Positions 1-8,932 of a DNA stretch of 39,976 bases are shown here, piece by piece; positions within the stretch are counted from its first letter, which is position 1; the number at the start of each line of letters is the position of its first letter. The notes under the pieces are model-generated. The model was not told the origin of the DNA. It saw only the letters and a list, made by a program, of their open reading frames with translations, and made no database searches. The stretch is from a bacterium. GTDB lineage: Bacteria; UBA6262; WVXT01. The stretch spans positions 1 to 39,976 of the forward strand of contig JBHIBS010000015.1 in assembly GCA_046759165.1 (NCBI GenBank), given 5' to 3'. Position numbers and translations under genes: made by a program.

Positions 1-133
1 CCTGCGAGTCGGTGAGCAGGCAGGTCACCGACTGAAGCGAAGCGAAAGGAGGGGCGCTGTTCCGACGAATAAGGAGGAACAATCCTAGCGACGGGCGCGA
101 GACGGCGAGCGCCCCGGGGACAGAGCATAAAGA

Positions 134-1432
134 ATGGCTACTTTAGTTGTGGTAGGTACTCAGTGGGGCGACGAAGGCAAAGGCAAAGTTGTCCACCTTC
201 TCTCAGAGAAGGCCGATTATATTATTCGCTACCAGGGTGGAAACAATGCAGGACATACTGTTGTTTTTAACGGCCGAGAATTCATCCTCCATCTGGTTCC
301 AGCAGGAATCCTCGAGCCAGGTAAGAAATGTATTATTGGAAGTGGAGTGGTAGTAGATCCCCAAGCACTGGTGGAAGAGATTCGCTTTCTCGAGGGCAAA
401 GGAATAAGAATAAAAGGCCGACTCTATGTCAGCGACGCCTGCCATATTATTCTGCCATACCATTGCTGGCTGGACCAGCTCAGGGAAATCCACCAGGGTA
501 AACGGAGGATCGGGACTACTCGAAAGGGGATTGGGCCAGCCTACGCTGATAAAGTGGCGAGAGTGGGCATAAGAATGGCCGATTTCCTTTCCCCACGCCT
601 GTTCAGGGAACTATTGGAGAGGAACTTGAGAGAAAAGGCACCTCTTCTGAGGAAAGTATGCAAGCTCTCTGAGTTGAGGCGAGAGATTCTGGAAAAACGA
701 AAAAAGCAGCTACGGCTAATTAAAGACCTCGTTGTGGATTCAGCGATAATGATTAACCGAATAATTTCTCAAGGAAGGAATGTTATCCTGGAGAGTGCTC
801 AGGGGACGCTACTGGACGTTGATTATGGGAGTTATCCTTATGTTACCTCTTCCAATCCCGTGGCTGGCGGAGCCTGCGTGGGTATAGGTATAGGCCCCAC
901 TCAGATCGACCGAGTTTTAGGAGTTGTCAAGGCATATACTACCAGGGTGGGTGAGGGACCATTTCCCACTGAGTTGACCGATGGGATAGGCAAACTATTG
1001 CAGGAGAAGGGAAAAGAGTTTGGAGCAACTACAGGTCGGCCTCGACGCTGTGGCTGGTTTGACGCATCCATTGTCCGACATGCAGCGAGGATAAATGGTC
1101 TGGGGAGTTTGGCCTTGACCAAGCTCGATGTTCTGGATGGGATCGGCCCTTTAAGAATTTGCGTAGCATATCGCTACCGGGGAAGATTGATCAGAGAGTT
1201 TCCCACTGGCAGAGAAATTTTCAAAGATTGTAAGCCAGTCTATATACAGTTAAAAGGTTGGAAGGAGAAGACTAAAGGCATTCAGAAATTTAATTCACTA
1301 CCCACAAATGCAAAGAGATATTTAAAGGAAATAGAAAGCCTGGTTCAGGCAAAAATCTCTATAGTCTCTATGGGCAGAAGCAGGGAGGAGACAATCGTAA
1401 TAGATAGAGATCTGCTTGATTTTAATTTTTGA
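134..1432 (+). CDS. purA: Adenylosuccinate synthetase
   Basis: QWGDEGKGK, GGNNAGHT, IGTTRKGIGPAY and EFGATTGRPRRCGW signature motifs; 432 aa. Confidence 0.98.
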   Translation: MATLVVVGTQWGDEGKGKVVHLLSEKADYIIRYQGGNNAGHTVVFNGREFILHLVPAGILEPGKKCIIGSGVVVDPQALVEEIRFLEGKGIRIKGRLYVSDACHIILPYHCWLDQLREIHQGKRRIGTTRKGIGPAYADKVARVGIRMADFLSPRLFRELLERNLREKAPLLRKVCKLSELRREILEKRKKQLRLIKDLVVDSAIMINRIISQGRNVILESAQGTLLDVDYGSYPYVTSSNPVAGGACVGIGIGPTQIDRVLGVVKAYTTRVGEGPFPTELTDGIGKLLQEKGKEFGATTGRPRRCGWFDASIVRHAARINGLGSLALTKLDVLDGIGPLRICVAYRYRGRLIREFPTGREIFKDCKPVYIQLKGWKEKTKGIQKFNSLPTNAKRYLKEIESLVQAKISIVSMGRSREETIVIDRDLLDFNF

Positions 1433-1476
1433 TCATAAATATTATTGAGTAGAGACGGATTAATAAGAGGCAGGAA

Positions 1477-1584
1477 ATGGTGCGAGTTGTATTAGAGAAG
1501 GCGACTAAGCTATATGCTGGAGGTGTTATTGGCGCCAAGGATATTTCAAGTGAGAGAATTCCCCAAAGGGAAAAATTTTTATAA
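1477..1584 (+). pseudogene. 35-codon ORF resembling the N-terminus of a MalK/UgpC-type sugar ABC ATPase (gene remnant)
   Basis: Own translation MVRVVLEKATKLYAGGVIGAKDISSERIPQREKFL*, preceded by purine-rich GAGGCAGGAA; the first 24 aa resemble MalK-family starts and the ORF ends before Walker A. Confidence 0.5.
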
Positions 1585-1594
1585 GGAGCGAATT

Positions 1595-2803
1595 ATGGGG
1601 AAGGAAGATTTGGTCAAAAGAATGAAAGGGGTGGGAGAGAAGACCTCGGAGTTGGCCAAGGCCAACGGTAGGCTGATAGAACGCAGGGGAGAGTTGTCAA
1701 GAAAAGTAAGGCAAAAGACGAAGGCGCTATCTTTTCTCTACAAGATAGAAAGAGATGTTTCAACTAAGTTCAAGCTGGAGGAAGTTTTAAAACTGACGGT
1801 GGAAAGGGTGAGTTCAATTCTGAACGTGAAAATATGTTCTATCCTCTTAATGAATGATAAAACTGGTAAGTTGTCAATTGAATGTGCTAAGGGACTGGAA
1901 CAGAAAATTATGAGGGAGACAGAACTTGAGGTGGGAGATAAGATTTCAGGGTGGGTAGTAAAACATAATAAGGCAGTTTTGGTGAGAAATATTGAGAAAG
2001 ATATTCGCTTTGCTAAGAGGAGTGAAGAGAAATATTATAATAAATCTTTAATGAGTGTTCCTTTGGCCATAAAGGATAAGGTGATAGGAGTTCTCAATGT
2101 CAACAACAAGAAGTCGAGAAGAATCTTTAATCAGGAAGACTTTAGATTGCTCAAGCAGATAGCTGCTCAAATTGCGATAGTTGTCGAAAATGCCAAACTT
2201 TACAAGAGTTTAGGTGATCTTTATATGCGCACTATTACCAGCCTGGCAGCTACTATCGATGCGCGTGACCCTTACACCCGAAGACATTCGGAGATGGTGG
2301 CTGAATATGCTGTAGCTATTGCTGAAGCCATGAAACTCCCTTCTGAGCGAGTAGAGCTTATCAGGCAGGCTTCCCATTTACACGATATCGGTAAGATTGG
2401 AGTGCACGACTTTATTTTCCTCAAGCCTGATAAATTAACTGATGAAGAATGGGAGGAAGTGAAGCTCCATTCGGTTAAAGGTGCTGAAATACTGGAACCT
2501 CTGGTTGTTTTCCTTAACGGAGTAATTGATATGGTCAGGCAACATCACGAGAGATATGATGGGAGAGGTTATCCAGGCCACTACAAAGATGGGGAAATAG
2601 ATGTGGGAGCAAGGATAATGGCTGTAGCTGATGCCTTTGATGGTATGTTATCGGAAAGACCATATAGGAAAGCATATTCTAAAGAGAAAGCAATTGGAGA
2701 ATTGAGAGAAAATAGTGGAACACAATTTGATCCGGAAGTTGTGGAGACTTTTCTTGAGGTGTTAAATAGGGAGCCGGGGTTAATTCAAAACAGATATCGA
2801 TGA
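1595..2803 (+). CDS. GAF + HD-GYP domain protein (probable cyclic dinucleotide phosphodiesterase)
   Basis: GAF region (SLMSVPL...IGVLNV...AQIAIVVENA), LHDIGK, HHERYDGRGYP, VADAFD, RPYR; start moved to ATG 1595 behind AAGGAG. Confidence 0.92.
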   Translation: MGKEDLVKRMKGVGEKTSELAKANGRLIERRGELSRKVRQKTKALSFLYKIERDVSTKFKLEEVLKLTVERVSSILNVKICSILLMNDKTGKLSIECAKGLEQKIMRETELEVGDKISGWVVKHNKAVLVRNIEKDIRFAKRSEEKYYNKSLMSVPLAIKDKVIGVLNVNNKKSRRIFNQEDFRLLKQIAAQIAIVVENAKLYKSLGDLYMRTITSLAATIDARDPYTRRHSEMVAEYAVAIAEAMKLPSERVELIRQASHLHDIGKIGVHDFIFLKPDKLTDEEWEEVKLHSVKGAEILEPLVVFLNGVIDMVRQHHERYDGRGYPGHYKDGEIDVGARIMAVADAFDGMLSERPYRKAYSKEKAIGELRENSGTQFDPEVVETFLEVLNREPGLIQNRYR

Positions 2804-2829
2804 TTAGTTGATAGATTGGCAATATTTTT

Positions 2830-2867
2830 AAACTCACACTGTAGAAGTGTGGGTTTTTTATTTTTTT
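2830..2867 (+). terminator. Intrinsic terminator after the HD-GYP gene
   Basis: Stem AAACTCACACT/AGTGTGGGTTT with loop GTAGA, followed by a T-rich tract. Confidence 0.8.
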
Positions 2868-2868
2868 C

Positions 2869-2897
2869 TTGACAGATACACAGATGTGTGCTATAAT
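2869..2897 (+). promoter_or_regulatory. sigma70 promoter of the lexA operon with a palindromic operator candidate in the spacer
   Basis: TTGACA (2869-2874), 17 bp, TATAAT (2892-2897); palindrome ACACAGATGTGT at 2878-2889. Confidence 0.85.
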
Positions 2898-2917
2898 TAA
2901 AAAGGGAGGGAATTATT

Positions 2918-3508
2918 ATGACTGAAAAGTTAACCCTCAGACAGAAGGAGGTATTAGATTTTATTCTTGAGAGGCTCCATATTCTGGGTTCTCCACCTAC
3001 CATTCGGGAGATAGCCCGACATTTCGGTTTCTCCTCTACAGGCTCTCCCAGAGTCCATCTGAGGGCTCTTGCCAGAAAGGGCTATCTGCGGTTGAATCCT
3101 CAGATTTCGAGGGGAATCGAAGTCCTCGCCCAAGCTGTAGGTATACCCATTGTGGGTCGCGTGAAGGCAGGAGGTCCAGACCTTGCAGTTGAGGATGTGG
3201 AGGGATATCTCGACCTCTCCAGGGTCTTTCCTCACGAGGAAAACATCTTTGCCCTACGGGTGAAAGGAGATAGCATGGTTGGGGCCGGGATAATGGATGG
3301 AGATCTGGCTATTGTGCGGAGGCAACCCTCAGCCGAGGAAGGTGAAATTGTTGTCGCCTTAATTGGAGAGGAGGCCACAGTGAAGTGTTTCTTTAAAGAG
3401 TCCCAGGGAGTGCGTCTGGAACCAGCCAATCCTTCTTATGAACCCATCCTCAGTAAAGAGGCCATAATTGTGGGTAAGGTGATCGGACTGATCCGGGGAT
3501 ATAAATAG
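2918..3508 (+). CDS. lexA: LexA repressor
   Basis: N-terminal wHTH (LTLRQKEVLDFI...PPTIREIA), Ala-Gly cleavage site (VKAGGP), catalytic Ser (GDSM) and Lys (ATVK). Confidence 0.95.
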   Translation: MTEKLTLRQKEVLDFILERLHILGSPPTIREIARHFGFSSTGSPRVHLRALARKGYLRLNPQISRGIEVLAQAVGIPIVGRVKAGGPDLAVEDVEGYLDLSRVFPHEENIFALRVKGDSMVGAGIMDGDLAIVRRQPSAEEGEIVVALIGEEATVKCFFKESQGVRLEPANPSYEPILSKEAIIVGKVIGLIRGYK

Positions 3509-3522
3509 ATAGGAGATGGGGT

Positions 3523-3771
3523 ATGTACGAAGTTATCGAAGAACCTATCCATGTAGGGGCTATCTTTAAGGGTAATAAACTCAGACCCCGTTGGTTCATA
3601 TGGAAGAGGAGAAAGTACTCCATACAGGAGATAACCTTTAGCTGGCAGGATAGGAAAGGAGAAGAGACTCTACTCTATTTCTCGGTCTCCGATGGGATCA
3701 ATACATATGAGATATGCTTTAACCAGAAGAGCCTCAACTGGTTTTTGAGCAAGGTCTCCATTGAGGGATAA
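3523..3771 (+). CDS. Small beta-rich protein, DUF6504/ImuB C-terminal-domain-like
   Basis: RBS AGGAG; pattern P..F.W..R.Y.I..I...W......YFSV.....YEI.....W.L; tightly packed between lexA and the polymerase gene. Confidence 0.7.
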   Translation: MYEVIEEPIHVGAIFKGNKLRPRWFIWKRRKYSIQEITFSWQDRKGEETLLYFSVSDGINTYEICFNQKSLNWFLSKVSIEG

Positions 3772-3773
3772 TT

Positions 3774-5021
3774 ATGAGCAGGGTGATTATGCATCTGGAT
3801 ATGAATGCCTTCTTTGCCAGCATTGAGCAGAAGGCTAATCCCCGCCTTCGGGGTAAGCCGGTAATTGTGGGTGGAAGTCCCCATTCCCGCACGGTGGTGG
3901 CTACTGCCTCTTATGAAGCGAGAGAATACGGAGTGGAGACAGGCATGCCTCTAAATGAGGCAAGAAGACTCTGTCCCCAGGCAATCCTGGTGGAGGGGAA
4001 CTCAGCAAAGTATATAGACACCTCCCTCGAGATTATTAAAATTCTTAATAGGTTCACGGACCAGGTGGAGATCTTCTCCATTGACGAGGCATTTCTCGAT
4101 GTTACTGGAAGCCAGGTTCTATTTGGTAAGCCAAAGGAGATTGCCCGCAAGATTAAAGAATACTTAAGGAAAAATATAGGTCTGTCCTGCTCCATTGGAA
4201 TTGCTCCTAATAAAGTTCTGGCCAAACTTGCCTCAGAAATGGAGAAGCCCGATGGTCTTGTAGAGATAGAGGAAGAAGAAGTACGAAAAATTTTGGCAAG
4301 CCTTCCAGTGGAGAAGTTCTGTGGGATCGGGGAAAAGACTGCCTCCCATCTTTCCCAATTAGGTATAAGGACTGCAAAGGAGCTGGGGAATGCTCCTATA
4401 GACCTCCTCGTTCGGCACTTTGGAATTATCGGACATATCTTAAGCCAGATGGGAAGGGGAATAGATGGAAATTCGGTAGTCTCCTATACTGAGGAAGAGG
4501 AAGTGAAATCGATGGGACATTCCTATACTCTCCCTCTGGATACTTCGGATATGGAGACGATTAGAACAGTACTTTTGAGGCTTTCTGAACAAGTCGGAAG
4601 GCGTTTAAGAAAAGCAGGGTATAAGGGAAGGAAGGTCACCTTAGTTTTAAGATACTCCGATTTCTTCACATTCAGTCGCGACCTCTCTATTCCAGACTAT
4701 ATCGACTACGGACCAGATATCTGCTATGTAGCGTTGAGAATCTTAGAGAGAATCGGACGGCTTGCTAAGCCTGTGAGGCTTGTGGGAGTAAAAGTATCTA
4801 ACCTCATCTCTGATTCTGGACAGATGTATCTCTTAGAGAGTTATAAGAAGAGAGAGGCGCTGATTGGAGCAATCGATAGAATTAACGATAAGTTTGGTGA
4901 ATTTACTATACAGCCCTGCCGTCTGTTAATGGAAACTCCTTACGAAAAGATATTTCCCTACAGGATTAGCCCTTCCCAGGGAAAGCCCCTCTCCCATCTT
5001 ACTCCTTTTTCTCCTGACTGA
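3774..5021 (+). CDS. dinB: Y-family DNA polymerase (Pol IV/DinB-like) with clamp-binding and RecA-NT-like tail
   Basis: HLDMNAFFAS, ASYEAR, SIDEAFLD, GIAPNKVLAKLAS...KPDG; QMYLL clamp-like motif. Confidence 0.93.
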   Translation: MSRVIMHLDMNAFFASIEQKANPRLRGKPVIVGGSPHSRTVVATASYEAREYGVETGMPLNEARRLCPQAILVEGNSAKYIDTSLEIIKILNRFTDQVEIFSIDEAFLDVTGSQVLFGKPKEIARKIKEYLRKNIGLSCSIGIAPNKVLAKLASEMEKPDGLVEIEEEEVRKILASLPVEKFCGIGEKTASHLSQLGIRTAKELGNAPIDLLVRHFGIIGHILSQMGRGIDGNSVVSYTEEEEVKSMGHSYTLPLDTSDMETIRTVLLRLSEQVGRRLRKAGYKGRKVTLVLRYSDFFTFSRDLSIPDYIDYGPDICYVALRILERIGRLAKPVRLVGVKVSNLISDSGQMYLLESYKKREALIGAIDRINDKFGEFTIQPCRLLMETPYEKIFPYRISPSQGKPLSHLTPFSPD

Positions 5022-5033
5022 TTTTCTCGTTTT

Positions 5034-5071
5034 TTGGCTAAAATTCCAAAAGCTTTTCACAAACTATCTTT
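5034..5071 (+). repeat. 38-bp non-palindromic intergenic repeat, copy 1
   Basis: TTGGCTAAAATTCCAAAAGCTTTTCACAAACTATCTTT; gapless 33/38 identity to 15887-15924 and 32/38 to 26866-26903. Confidence 0.85.
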
Positions 5072-5095
5072 ATATTAGCGTTATAATTAAAAAGT

Positions 5096-5124
5096 TTGAC
5101 TTTTGAGACTATTTATGGTATATT
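5096..5124 (+). promoter_or_regulatory. Probable sigma70 promoter of the pyr operon
   Basis: TTGACT, 17 bp, TATATT, with extended -10 TG. Confidence 0.6.
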
Positions 5125-5188
5125 TGAATTCAGAAAAATCCAAAAGTTCATTCGAGGTTTTTATAGGATAGGAAGCAGGGAGGGTCTA

Positions 5189-5731
5189 GTGGTATCTCGA
5201 AAGAAGAAAGTCATTATGGATGCAAAGGAAATTTTCTGGACAACAAAGAGGATGGCTCACGAAATTGTGGAGAAGAGTTATGGAATAAAAGAACTTGTCA
5301 TTGTGGGAATTCAGACCAGGGGAGTCTATCTTGCTAAGCGGATTGCCAGGGAGATAAAGAGTATTGAGAAGAAGGAAGTGCCCGTGGGCTCTCTGGACAT
5401 CACTCTCTACCGCGATGATGTCGACTCAATAGCACATCAGCCTCTGGTTAAGGAAACAAGAATTCCTTTCGATATTACCGATAAGAAGGTAGTGCTTGTT
5501 GACGATGTCCTATTTGCGGGAAGGACTGTAAGGGCTGCTCTCGATGAACTGATAGATTTCGGGCGCCCCAAAGTTATAAGATTGGCAGTTCTAATCGACA
5601 GGGGTCTTAGAGAACTCCCCATCCAGCCCGACTTTGTGGGTAAAATTTATCCCACTTCCAGGAAAGAGGTTGTCTGCGTGAATTTGAAGGAAGTGGATGG
5701 AGAGGATAGCGTGGTTTTAAGAGAGGAGTGA
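5189..5731 (+). CDS. pyrR: Pyrimidine operon regulator / uracil phosphoribosyltransferase PyrR
   Basis: [37 protein letters not shown]; start moved to GTG 5189 behind GGGAGG. Confidence 0.93.
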   Translation: MVSRKKKVIMDAKEIFWTTKRMAHEIVEKSYGIKELVIVGIQTRGVYLAKRIAREIKSIEKKEVPVGSLDITLYRDDVDSIAHQPLVKETRIPFDITDKKVVLVDDVLFAGRTVRAALDELIDFGRPKVIRLAVLIDRGLRELPIQPDFVGKIYPTSRKEVVCVNLKEVDGEDSVVLREE

Positions 5732-5734
5732 TAA

Positions 5735-6673
5735 ATGCGGTTAAAGCATAAGGATTTGCTCGGCTTGGAATACCTGGACAGAGAAGAGATTAATTTAATT
5801 TTGGAGACAGCGAAACCATTTAAGGAACTGTTCACCCGCTCAGTAAAGAAAGTCCCTCCTTTACGGGGTAAGACCGTGGTACTTCTCTTCTACGAGCCCT
5901 CAACCAGAACCAGAATTTCATTCGAGCTGGCAGCCAAGAGGTTGAGTGCCGATGTTTTGAATATTTCCGCCTCCACCTCCAGTGTAGCTAAGGGTGAAAG
6001 CCTAATCGATACGGCAAAAACTTTAGAAGCAATGAAGGCCGACTTCGTAGTTATTCGCCATTCCATGGCAGGAGCTCCCAAGATTCTTGCCAGAACAATA
6101 AGTGCCTCCATAATTAATGCTGGTGATGGAACTCACGAGCATCCCACTCAGGGATTATTAGATATGTTTACCATCTGGGAGAAGAAAGGAAGACTTTCAG
6201 GCTTGAAGGTTGCTATTGTGGGGGACATTCTTCACTCGCGCGTTGCTCGGTCAAATATCTGGGGATTGAATAAGATGGGAACAAAGGTATATGTGGTAGG
6301 ACCAGCAACTTTGATACCTCCGAGGATTGAGGAGATGGGCGTGAAAGTCTACTACGATCTGGACGAGATAATTGATGAACTCGATGTGATTAACATTTTG
6401 AGAATTCAGATGGAGAGACAGAAAGAGAATCTATTTCCTTCCTTACGGGAGTATAATGAGATTTTTGGCATTACGGATAGAAGATTGAAAAGGGCGAAGA
6501 AAGATCTTCTGGTCATGCATCCCGGTCCAATGAATAGAGGGATAGAGATATCCTCTTCGGTGGCAGAGGGTTCACGTTCTGTAATCACCGAACAGGTCAC
6601 CAACGGGATTGCGGTGAGGATGGCAGTTCTTTACCTTCTGGCTGGTGGAGATAGCCGGGGTATGAAAAGATAG
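5735..6673 (+). CDS. pyrB: Aspartate carbamoyltransferase catalytic subunit
   Basis: [30 protein letters not shown]. Confidence 0.97.
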   Translation: MRLKHKDLLGLEYLDREEINLILETAKPFKELFTRSVKKVPPLRGKTVVLLFYEPSTRTRISFELAAKRLSADVLNISASTSSVAKGESLIDTAKTLEAMKADFVVIRHSMAGAPKILARTISASIINAGDGTHEHPTQGLLDMFTIWEKKGRLSGLKVAIVGDILHSRVARSNIWGLNKMGTKVYVVGPATLIPPRIEEMGVKVYYDLDEIIDELDVINILRIQMERQKENLFPSLREYNEIFGITDRRLKRAKKDLLVMHPGPMNRGIEISSSVAEGSRSVITEQVTNGIAVRMAVLYLLAGGDSRGMKR

Positions 6674-6698
6674 GAATCACAATTATATTGGGAGGAAC

Positions 6699-8000
6699 GT
6701 GTTGAAATTAGTCATTAGAAATGGAAGAGTAATCGATCCTAAGAATAAGATTGATAAGAAATTAGACATCCTGATTGAAAATGGAAAGATAGTAAAGATT
6801 GGAGAATCCTCCCAATTCAGGCCGGGGGATGTTACTAGGTCTACAATAACAATTGATGCCACGGGCAAGGTCGTCACCCCTGGCTTGATCGATATGCATA
6901 CCCATTTACGAGAACCGGGAAGGGAAGACGAGGAAACGATTGCTTCAGGAACCAGGGCTGCCGCGCGGGGAGGATTTACATCTATCTGTTGTATGCCAAA
7001 CACACAGCCTGTTATCGATTCAGTCTCTGGGGTGAAATTTGTTCTCACCACAGCTTCCCAGGAAGGGGTGGTTAATGTTTATCCTATAGGAAGCATAACC
7101 AAAGGACAGAAAGGAGAGGAACTGGCAGAGATAGGGAAGATGAGAATTGCTGGAATTGTGGGGATCTCTGATGATGGCAGACCAGTGATGAATGCTCAGA
7201 TAATGCGCAGGGCATTGGAATATGCTAAGATGTTTAATCTCCCGGTGATCTCTCACTGTGAGGATTTAAACCTTTCTATGGGCGGGGTAATGAACGAAGG
7301 ATTTACCTCCACAATTTTAGGTTTAAAGGGAATACCCAGGCAGGCTGAGGAGATAATGGTGGCTCGGGATATCGCCTTGGCAGAGTTGAGCGGTGGAAAG
7401 CTACATTTGGCGCACATTACCACCCGGCGCTCTGTGGAACTGGTTCGCCAGGCGAAGAAGAGAATAAAGGGAACCTGTGAAACCGCACCCCACTACTTCT
7501 CCCTTTCCGAAGAGGACGTTCGGGGTTATAATACTAACACGAAGATAAATCCTCCCTTAAGGACTAAGGACGACATTAAGGCATTGTGTGAAGGATTGGC
7601 TGACGGCACAATTGATTGTATAGTGTCTGACCATGCGCCCCATCTGGACGTGGAGAAAGATTTGGAATATAATATGGCTCCTTTTGGCATAATCGGACTG
7701 GAGACGATGTTACCGTTAATTCTTACAAATCTAGTAAGGAAGAAAATACTAAGCTTAAATCAAGCAATAGCAAAATTGACTGTAGATCCGGCAAATATTC
7801 TGGGACTGGAGAAAGGGTCTCTCTCAATAGGGGCTGATGCGGACCTCACCATAATTGATTTGAATCTAAAAAAGAAAATTGGCAACAAATTCATTTCCCA
7901 AAGTAAAAATTCTCCATTTATTGGCATGGAGTTGAAGGGTTTCCCAGTGGTTACCATGGTCGGGGGCAAGGTGATAATGAAAGATGGAAAGCTCATTTAG
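6699..8000 (+). CDS. pyrC: Dihydroorotase (type I)
   Basis: DMHTHLREPG, MPNT, KINPPLR, SDHAPH. Confidence 0.96.
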   Translation: MLKLVIRNGRVIDPKNKIDKKLDILIENGKIVKIGESSQFRPGDVTRSTITIDATGKVVTPGLIDMHTHLREPGREDEETIASGTRAAARGGFTSICCMPNTQPVIDSVSGVKFVLTTASQEGVVNVYPIGSITKGQKGEELAEIGKMRIAGIVGISDDGRPVMNAQIMRRALEYAKMFNLPVISHCEDLNLSMGGVMNEGFTSTILGLKGIPRQAEEIMVARDIALAELSGGKLHLAHITTRRSVELVRQAKKRIKGTCETAPHYFSLSEEDVRGYNTNTKINPPLRTKDDIKALCEGLADGTIDCIVSDHAPHLDVEKDLEYNMAPFGIIGLETMLPLILTNLVRKKILSLNQAIAKLTVDPANILGLEKGSLSIGADADLTIIDLNLKKKIGNKFISQSKNSPFIGMELKGFPVVTMVGGKVIMKDGKLI

Positions 8001-8131
8001 GGAAGCCTTCGGGGATTTTCCACTTGAGCCTGCTTTCGCAGGGAGTCCAGAATTTTATGGAGTCCTTCCGAAAGGAAGGGCCTCGTGGGAGGGAAGCCCT
8101 CGATGAAATCGGGAACTCCAGAGGGGCAGGT

Positions 8132-8932
8132 ATGTTACAGATCGACGCGAAGATCTTAATAAATGAAGAGATTGGCCCAGAACGCTATAAGATGGTGCTT
8201 TCTGCTCCCCAAATTGCTCGCCAGGCGAGGCCTGGTCAATTTATTCACGTTAAAGTCTCTGATAGTTATACTCCTCTGTTGAGGAGGCCCTTTAGCGTCC
8301 ATCGTGTGGAAGGTCAAAAGATCGAGCTGCTCTATAAGGTTGTGGGGAAAGGCACAGAAATTTTAAGCCAAAAGAAGAAAGCAGAATATCTGGATATTCT
8401 GGGCCCTTTGGGGAAGGGTTATTGGTTGCCAGCTGCCACAGCCAGGATATCGGATATTATCCTTCTAGCTGGAGGCACAGGGGTAGCCTCCCTTCTCTTC
8501 TTAGCAGAATCGATTGCGGTTCCCAATTCCGAATTATCGGTTCTCGTTCTCATTGGGGCAAAGAATAGAGAGGAGCTCCTGTGCGAAGGAGATTTTAGAA
8601 GATTGGGTTGTCGGGTGCAGGTAGCTACTGAAAACGGCACGAGAGGATATAAAGGTCTGGTCAGTGATCTTTTAGAAAAGTGCCTGCCACTTTCAGGGGA
8701 TCGCTCTAAACGGTTAGTCTTTGCCTGTGGGCCTCCTGAGATGCTTAAAAGGATAGGAGAGGTTTCTAGGAAACATCGATTTGCCTGCCAGGTTTCCTTA
8801 GAGGAACGCTTGGCCTGTGGGGTTGGTGCCTGCCTCGGTTGCGCAGTTAAGGCTAAGGGTTCTACTTACACTTATAAGCGAGTCTGTAAAGATGGCCCGG
8901 TCTTTAGCGCTGGTGAGTTGGTTTGGGAATGA
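8132..8932 (+). CDS. pyrK: Dihydroorotate dehydrogenase electron transfer subunit
   Basis: PGQF, LRRPFS, GPLG, ACGP, CGVGACLGC...CKDGPVF [2Fe-2S] motif; start moved to ATG 8132. Confidence 0.93.
   Translation: MLQIDAKILINEEIGPERYKMVLSAPQIARQARPGQFIHVKVSDSYTPLLRRPFSVHRVEGQKIELLYKVVGKGTEILSQKKKAEYLDILGPLGKGYWLPAATARISDIILLAGGTGVASLLFLAESIAVPNSELSVLVLIGAKNREELLCEGDFRRLGCRVQVATENGTRGYKGLVSDLLEKCLPLSGDRSKRLVFACGPPEMLKRIGEVSRKHRFACQVSLEERLACGVGACLGCAVKAKGSTYTYKRVCKDGPVFSAGELVWE

Noticed and set aside
1433-1594. c-di-GMP riboswitch upstream of the HD-GYP gene
   Set aside because: No recognisable two-hairpin aptamer; the region is better explained as a gene remnant
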